DNA of 57,281 nt, filler included, from Sphacelaria rigidula (lineage: Eukaryota), in the NCBI GenBank assembly GCA_964200075.2. It is 7 parts of 7 records of this genome, joined end to end, with 100 filler letters (N's around TTAATTAATTAA, not from the genome) between each part and the next. Parts side by side here need not be neighbours in the genome. Positions count along the whole stretch, not along the records: positions 49,186 to 57,281 come from CAXNAA020012316.1; 6 more parts are not named here. One strand, written 5' to 3'. The translations under genes and the position numbers were made by a program. Positions 50,192 through 57,281 of the stretch are shown piece by piece. The first letter of the stretch is position 1. Each line of letters begins with the position of its first letter. The notes below the pieces were generated by a model. It was not told the origin of the DNA. It did not search any database and was given only the letters and a program-made list of their open reading frames with translations.

Positions 50192-52325
50192 TCTCAGGTC
50201 GGTTGGCTTTTTACCCCTTTGCCACGAATTAGTCGACTGGACTTCATGTATGCTACCACGACCTCTGGAACTTGGTTTCATTGTGCGAATACTCCACCTG
50301 TGAGGCGACCGTGATGTTCGATAGTCGGGTTTCAGCTGGCCTGCGAGAAACCAATGGAATGCATCATGAGCGAGCTGCCTTCGCTTGTTCGTGACCATGG
50401 CACCGCCGTATGCAGTTTTGAGTTTTTCACATGGTTGATGAATTGCATTATTATACCCCCACTACCCCTCGTACGTTGACCTCAACCGCATCGCCCAAGA
50501 GCTGGCGCCGAACGTCTGCCTAATGATGTTTACATGCGCGTACTGCATAACCAATTGCTTTGTAAACAACGAGTGCCACTTGGTCGGGTCGGTTGCCTTT
50601 CCCAAGCAGACGGCAGTTGTTCATGATCGTTAGGTTGGGTGGTGGGAAAAAAGTGCCCATGATCATACTCGTATACTTTGCACATGTGTGCACCGGCTGC
50701 CCGTGGGTGCCAACGAGGAGCGAGTCTCATGCGGTCGTGTTGGTGGGCACTACACCACTCGCGCAAAACTCTACACGTTGTCACATGATGAGATTGACCC
50801 CAGAGATCGAAACGTAACGAAATAACTGCTTTAAATGACTGTCGGCATCATCACACTGCACGGGCCACGGGCCGAGGCCCACGGGAAGATCGCAGAATAC
50901 ACATACACGTCAAGGTGCATTGATCAACAAGGGCCGTGCTCGGAAGTAGGTGGGTGGCACTTGGGGCTGCTCGGTTATATGGGTTCTAGGTCGCCTCGTG
51001 TCCGAGGGGATCAGCCCTCGACCGTCATGGGGTATCTGTTTCATCGGCATAATCATTCATCTGCTTTCGACAAAAAAGGACTCGGGTGACTCAGCCTTAA
51101 GGGGTTAGACGTGCGGGTTGTGTGGACAGATCCAAACTCAGGACGGTCTGCTCAGGGAGTGTTTGGAGTCATCTCATGGTGACGCCAGTGCGAACATATG
51201 TGTAATGCGCAAGCGGCGAGTCCTTCGACCCGAACGCAATCAGTGCAAAATCGTGATTGTGAGCAACGACCAAAGGTTCAAGCGAACACGGCGATCTTCG
51301 GCACCAAGTTGGTGACTGAACTTGCGCTGAATCCAAATCAGGAGCACATCGGAAAACGAAGTCGTATTAAATCAAACGGAGTACAAGCATAATATCGTCT
51401 AGAAAGGCGAGAGGCTATGGTGTTGTAGTACAAATACCGCCCTGCAGACAGCACAGCACAGTCAGTACAGTCTGCAATCACGTATGCCACATCGAGCGGA
51501 CTCCACTGAGGATTTCATGTGTACAGCACACGATAACACAGCCGCAACGGTGCGCAGAACACACAAATACGGAGACATCATTGCTCGTTGCAGCAATGCC
51601 TGCAGAGGATTCTCTCTTCGCCTGCGATCGGGAAAACGGGGCTGCGTGAAGAGAATGATTAGCGCTTCGATCTCAGTGACCTTACAGGCTCTTAGTCGTG
51701 CGGATGAACTGCGAGTGGTACATGTAGCTGGTGGAACCTTTTGTCCCGGACCGTTACGACTCGTTGCGACTACTCGTACTTTCGACATTTTCGAATTTCG
51801 GTGCCCATGCCCTGCGTAATTACAAGCAGAAGGTAGGAGGTAGGAGCAAATGTCGATCATGGGTGTGTCTACGGCCGAAGGGTACGAATGAGTGAGATCG
51901 GACCACCGTATCTGAATGTTTTCAAACCACCAATTTTCAACCTTGCTTCTTCCACTTGCTCAAGCTGCCGCGATTACGCAGCCGGAAGCTGTATCGTAGG
52001 GGAATTGTGGGGCCTGGATCTTTGCGCGAAGAATGCGGCTCTTTCGGAAACGAACGGAGAGTCTGTGCTACTCGTATCATCATGCCCTTTTTGAGACCCC
52101 GCGTAACTCCCAAGTTGCCATGCACAATCGATCTCTCACGAACGCACAAAACCAACCCACGCACCCAAACGCACCACCCTGTCACTACACCGGATAGGGG
52201 TAGAAAGTACATTCGAAATAGAATCGAAGCAGATTGCTACTCAACCCCCAAGCCGTTCGAGGTGTACATCATGTAGGTATTGTCACCGAATGGGGGGAAC
52301 CCAAACATGCGAACGACAAACTCAC

Positions 52326-53800
52326 TCAAGAATGATTCTTCCCCGGAACTGTAGCTCGCCATCTTCTGATTCTCCGTCAAGAAGGTACAGATCCATGCTG
52401 CAATACGGCACATAAATCCTGTTGAAGGTGCTGTAAACGGAATTTTCTCGTTCGTGTCCCGACATAATGCCATAGCCTCGTATGTCTTCTGGAAAACCAT
52501 CAGACGTAAATAATGGTGCACTTTCCAACTGCAGATATTCGCAAGTCGCGATGTCGTGTGCGCAGCCCATGCCGCCTTCGAAGAAGAAAATGTAGTCCTG
52601 AGACGTAGCATTGCTTTCGATGTAGTACGTTGCCGCCGAGCCATCGGCACACGTCGCTGTGCGTGGGATGGTATCGAGAGGACGGGCGGCATCGTTGACT
52701 GTGTGAGCGAAAACATGGCGGCTATACACCTTACAGATGGACCGTGAGGTGCTTCATTAATTTGATCAATGGCGACATAACGCGGTGCAACCTGTGACAA
52801 TCTTGACCTGTGGGTGTTATGCGTTGGTAAAGCATACACATCACACTGGCGAAGCGCAATGAAGTGTTCGCCCGTCGTGTACAAGTATATGGAAGATATA
52901 TGGTGCGGCGAATGGGATCACGACAGTTTGAAAGTCGTTTTTTTTTTACCAAGTGAAATGTGGAGAGTCAACGGTGGCAATACCGACGGTTTGCTGTGTT
53001 CGACGTTCTCAAGCTTGCTGCTGGATGGAGATTGTTACCCCACGTTCAAGTCTCCTATTATTCAACGCAAACCTTGAAAGGGAGAGCTTCTCGGTTGAGA
53101 TGCGCATACTGTGCTGCAGTCCAACATCACGTACAGCTTTTGTCCCTCCCACTCATTGGCACTGACTGTCCCAGATCTAATGGAAATAGTGTCTGAACGT
53201 AAATTTCGAGCCACAACACAGCAACAACATCCGCGGTCACGGTTATGTTTTCTGCCTTCGGATCGATTACGAGCGCTTGCAACAGCGAAGAGACGGCGGT
53301 ATCACGTCTGCCCACAGACAAAAACGGATACGAACGCACGAGCGTGTACACATTGCACATTATCAACCCCTGACCCTCTATGCTGCACCGCCGTACAAAT
53401 ACCCCCTCCTTCCGCCTCCACCCTTGCCTCTGATCCGAGCACCCGGCATGAGGAAGGATGAATCCCTCCGGGCCTTTCTGTTCGCGTTTCAAGTTTACAT
53501 GTCCGCACCCTCCTCACACGTTCCCATTTTGAATCTCGTTCTTCGCCTACTTGACCGGGAAACACTCAAGACAAATGTCCGCCAAAAACTTACCAAGTCC
53601 AACACTCTCAGGGACCAAAGATGAGCACACGTATGTACCCACAGCTGGGCTCTATGTATACTGCTGTTCTACTTCCAATTTGTGTTTGACAGTGCACTGC
53701 ACTGTTCCGTTATCCCTGTACCTGTGGGCAGCTCGTATCGCTTCATGAGGGTTGCCTGGGCGAAGCACCCTGTGTTGCATTGAGATACCAATAGTGCCGA

Positions 53801-53839
<39 letters not shown>

Positions 53840-53869
53840 CACAGTCCGCCGTACTGTCTCACACATCAT
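52326..53869 (-). CDS. Pectin acetylesterase / Notum family alpha/beta-hydrolase, secreted; exons 1-2 only
   Basis: Exon 1 53869-53722 (MMCETVRRTVKAAAAAAAAAAVSALLVSQCNTGCFAQATLMKRYELPT, g|gtac) splices in phase to exon 2 52698-52326 (cacag|...ATCADGSAATYYI...YIFFFEGGMGC...C...TS...GIMS....NSVYSTFNRIYVPYCSMDLYLLD...LQFRGRII, ga|gtgag). These match the PAE/Notum motifs C.DGS..Y, EGG..C, GI(L/M)S...N..F, YC..D and F.G..I. The catalytic GxSAG exon was not found in this contig. Confidence 0.88.
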
Positions 53870-54339
53870 GTGTGCAACAACGATTGGATTCCCGGTGTTT
53901 GAAAACCTCAGGAACTCCAAAACTGCGCGGAAGCTAGGTAGATTGTAGAGCCCCTGTGTCTCTCTTTACTCGGGCTTCCCAGAGGCTTGTTGATAGAGGT
54001 CACGTACACCACAGGATCGACGTCCCGGTGGAGTCAGACTTGGGAGAGCGAGAGCTTGAGTGGTGCTATTCTTGAAACTATTCGGAGTTTAGCGCATGGC
54101 CCCAGACATGTTGACCACCGAACAAACTGAGGAGCGACACACCAACACAGGAACGGGCATGCGCGTCGATTGCAGTTGCAGTCAGTACAGTATAGAGCTA
54201 TTTTCGATCTTGATGCCATGCAGATTGAACTCTATCTGAAATAGAATAGAAAGCGGGGCTTGCGGCGGTAGGTAGGGATGCCGACCGGTTGAACTCTTTG
54301 TGTCCCTTTGAACGCGAGGGTAAGTCAATTGTTGTGTAT

Positions 54340-54437
54340 CCCTTTTTCTGCGAGGGTAGACCACCTGGCCATGCATTCGTTATTCAAGTGAAAGCTGATG
54401 CTGATCACACAGATAACCCATGCTTGCAGCCGAAGGG
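54340..54437. mobile_element. About 100-bp piggyBac-type MITE copy (diverged)
   Basis: ccctttttctgcgagggtag...catgcat...ttcaagtg...gatgctgat...acagata...gcagccgaaggg|ttat. Confidence 0.65.
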
Positions 54438-55019
54438 TTATCTTGATCTGATCTGGATGGGTCAGTTGGTCCGAGCCATCATTCATCACTTGACGGTACG
54501 TGGGTAGCTTTAAAATCATAATTCGTCTAAGGGATACACGATTTCAATTGTCGGAGATAGCCAATAGTATACTTGGCTTGGTGTCGATGTGAATGGAGGA
54601 GGGTTCGGGCGAACCCGGTAACCCAAACCGATTGAAGATACTTTGTTTAACAATGTAAACTCCAATCTCAACTCATACCCGAACTCAAACCAAGGCAGAC
54701 CGAGAATCCTGTGGCGAGGGGGCTCATGGGATCCTAAAGACAGTATGAAACTTCGTGGAGCTTGAATTGGCGGCGACGCCGAGATGAGCCAGAACGGGTG
54801 CCGAGCATGGTCGGCCAGCCCTTGGAATTGTCAACCCACTAAAGACCCGAATTTGATACGAGCTGAGAGTCATTTGAATGAATCCTGGCGATGCGATCGA
54901 TAATTCGAAGTTTTTATTAGGGCGCTGAAATTATGAGACGACATATTTATCATCAACCCGCGAACATTTTTATTGGGGGTGCAGAGGACCAAAAAAAAAA
55001 AGGAAAACAGGAAGTTATT

Positions 55020-55207
55020 GGCCGGATGTTACGGCGAACAAAGTCTTGGCCGACGGATTGTCCACTTTCGGAATGTTTGACCCACTTTACGACCCCCAAA
55101 CAGGGAAAACCGCCAACACACGCCTCGGACACTTTGCATCACCCCACAGAGAGGAGCCTGGTCTACTTTAAAGATTCGCTTGGCTCCAAGATTTCCAGAT
55201 TGGCCGC
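55020..55207 (+). repeat. Older partial copy of the long-TIR MITE at 55309-55675
   Basis: ggccggatgttacggcgaaca...tttgacccacttt...cacagagaggagcct...agattcgcttggctcca...attggccgc aligns with 55309-55494. Confidence 0.8.
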
Positions 55208-55211
55208 TTAA

Positions 55212-55675
55212 CCCGCAGACCGCGAGATTAGTCCTTCTGAATCATGCATACATTTTGTTTAACTTGAATTTGATGCCGATTCAACAGAAGACTAACCTCG
55301 CGGTCTAAGGCCGGATGTTATGGCAAACAGATTTTTGGCCCACGGATTGTTCACTTTTATGACGTTTGACCCACTTTTTGACCCCCAAGTCGAGAAAACC
55401 CCAACACACGTCTCGGACACTTCGCATAACCTCACAGAGAGGAGCCTAGTCTGCCTTTCAGATTCGCTTGGCTCCACGGTTCGAAATTGGCCGCGGAACA
55501 GAGATCTGCGCGTAAAAATCTGTGCCTGCCGCCCCCGCCAGTTTGGGTGATGCGAAGTGTCCGAGACGTGTGTCGGCGGTTTTCTCGGCTTGGGGGTCAA
55601 AAAGTGGGTCAAACGTCATAAAAGTGAACAATCCGTGGGCCAAAAATCTGTTCGCCATAACATCCGGCCTAGGGG
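55212..55675. mobile_element. Composite TTAA-flanked element: 100-bp MITE (55212-55310) fused to a MITE of about 365 bp with TIRs of about 120 bp (55309-55675)
   Basis: ttaa|ccc at 55208-55214 and gggg|ttaa at 55672-55679; 55309-55430 is the near-perfect reverse complement of 55546-55669. Confidence 0.8.
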
Positions 55676-56188
55676 TTAAACTGTGCAAACTTTTCCGTAG
55701 TTGATGATGCAGGTATGAAAATATCTTCGGGCATCTTGATTTAATAGTGTCAAGGCGGGAAAAACTGTTGTTTGGGGTTTCAAAGTTTCTCAATAAAATT
55801 TTGTACATATTTTGCTGATTGATGACACAATTATGAGTGATGAGCGTGAACCAGCCTGTACATATTTTATTGTTTGCTCTGTCCTCTTGTCCAGATCGTC
55901 TGGCAGAGGCTATAGCTCTCCTGGTGCTACTGTCTTGGACTGTACAATGGAAAGCCAAGGAAGGAAAAAGAAGCCCAGACCAGCGCCAGTGTGTAGAAAA
56001 TCTGAATATATGCTGGGGGGGAACACCTTTTTGGGCTTCAAAGAATCAAAGTGGGCTTGGGGGCTCAAGCCTGCGGAGCAACGGCCTAGTTGTCGGCGTC
56101 AAAGTTGAGGATTTGCTTTGTTCCCAAAAGAAGTCCGGCGCCCAAGCGGTTGGGCCGTGTGAATCTTGAATCTTGGATCATGTACGAT

Positions 56189-56501
56189 GCCGCGCCCCGG
56201 TGGTGTCATGGTCCGACTGTTGCCATTAGGGTGGAGAGAACGAGGGTTCGATCCCGATGTGTTGAGTTTTTTCGTCGTAGTAGTACAGTATGTGATTTCC
56301 ACCGTGGAAAGCGCGAGAACGCGAGTAAACAAAGTATTCGACTGAGTTTATTTTGCGTGAGTTGATGCGGTGCGGGAGTGCTGACCTAATCCGCGAGACT
56401 CAAATGCAAGGCGTGTACCAGGGGAGAGATGGGTTGATCCCTTAGGACCACGGACTCATCCCGAGGAAGGGGAGGGGTTCAAAGTGCGACTAATAAATAA
56501 A
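56189..56501 (+). mobile_element. tRNA-derived SINE, family 2
   Basis: gccgcgccccggTGGTGTCATGG (A-box-like)...gGGTTCGATCCc (B box, 56244-56255), aataaataaa tail; second copy at 36027-36343. Confidence 0.8.
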
Positions 56502-57281
56502 TATATCTGACCGCGGGTATGGAAAGGTTGTCAGGTAGGTAACTGAAAATTGCACCGGGTTCAACTCCCACCGTCTGCAGAAGCAGGCAAGAACCGACTA
56601 CGGGCAATAGCCACAGAAAGAACGCGCAGAACCTTTCTACATCGTTCTAGCAGGTGCGTTGGTACGGAAGATTTTGCTCACCTGGAGACATAAGTACTAG
56701 CTAGAGAACATAGACAGTGCAGGAACGACAGAAAGCGCGCAGTCAGCATACTTTTGCTGACCCTCTGGACCAGGGTGTTCGGTGAAATATCTGTTCCGCC
56801 CTGGATCGTCATGTGTCTGAGATATGTGTATGCTGGTTGCATGCTACACGGAACGAACTAATTTAAGGCGAATGCACCGCAAAGGCAAAACAATCTGCTC
56901 GCTGAGACTTGAGAGGTGCCGCAATACGAGGAGAGCAGCTGCCAACACGTGCCTACAGTACAGTGCAGTCACTACAGTACCAGAGCAGCACGGAGTGTCA
57001 CGGGGTCACGGCGTCACGAGTAATTGCGGTGTAATCAGATCACGTGATTCTCTCTAGATTTTGGATCTTTGCTGCTTATGGTTGTGGTTGTTGAAGCTGA
57101 TACTGTATACCGATGTCACGCGCAACGCACGACACAGAGGTAACATCACGTGTTCTGTCGCGGGTGGGTTCATGTGCACGACTGTTGGTTGGCTACCCTG
57201 TCTAATGCTGAGGACCGACGCCCGGATGGGTAGGGTGACTCGTGTACAGAGTCGAGCTAGGGGACATTGTAGGGGGTTTGG

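Noticed and set aside
51462..51860. Next exon of the PAE/Notum gene
   Set aside because: The phase-compatible frame hits a stop and there is no GxSAG motif in any frame.

Overview
Eukaryotic, repeat-rich DNA with GT-AG spliced genes. The intron style and repeat content suggest a brown alga or related stramenopile (inference only). The window is not one locus. It is seven size-sorted contigs (8098, 8098, 8098, 8098, 8097, 8096, 8096 nt) joined by identical artificial 100-nt linkers (N44-TTAATTAATTAA-N44), so neighbourhood across linkers means nothing. Contig 1 (1-8098) holds 10 phase-compatible exons (about 579 codons) of a protein built from about five bacterial-type DUF7507/DUF11-like Ig repeats, with a 2-kb compound microsatellite in one intron. 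Contig 2 (8199-16296) is a decayed Ty3/Gypsy LTR retrotransposon (ORF1, protease, RT, RNase H). Contigs 3-5 are mostly MITEs, two tRNA-derived SINE families, a fold-back element with a 44-bp minisatellite, and an alternating-orientation array of about 80-bp units. Contig 6 has a 5'-truncated LINE split by a Tc1/mariner-type insertion, inside a probable intron. Contig 7 has the first two exons of a secreted pectin-acetylesterase/Notum-family hydrolase. I found no CRISPR array, rRNA, intact tRNA or convincing new multi-gene system. The best leads are the intron-bearing DUF7507-repeat protein, the PAE/Notum enzyme and the two structured repeat arrays.
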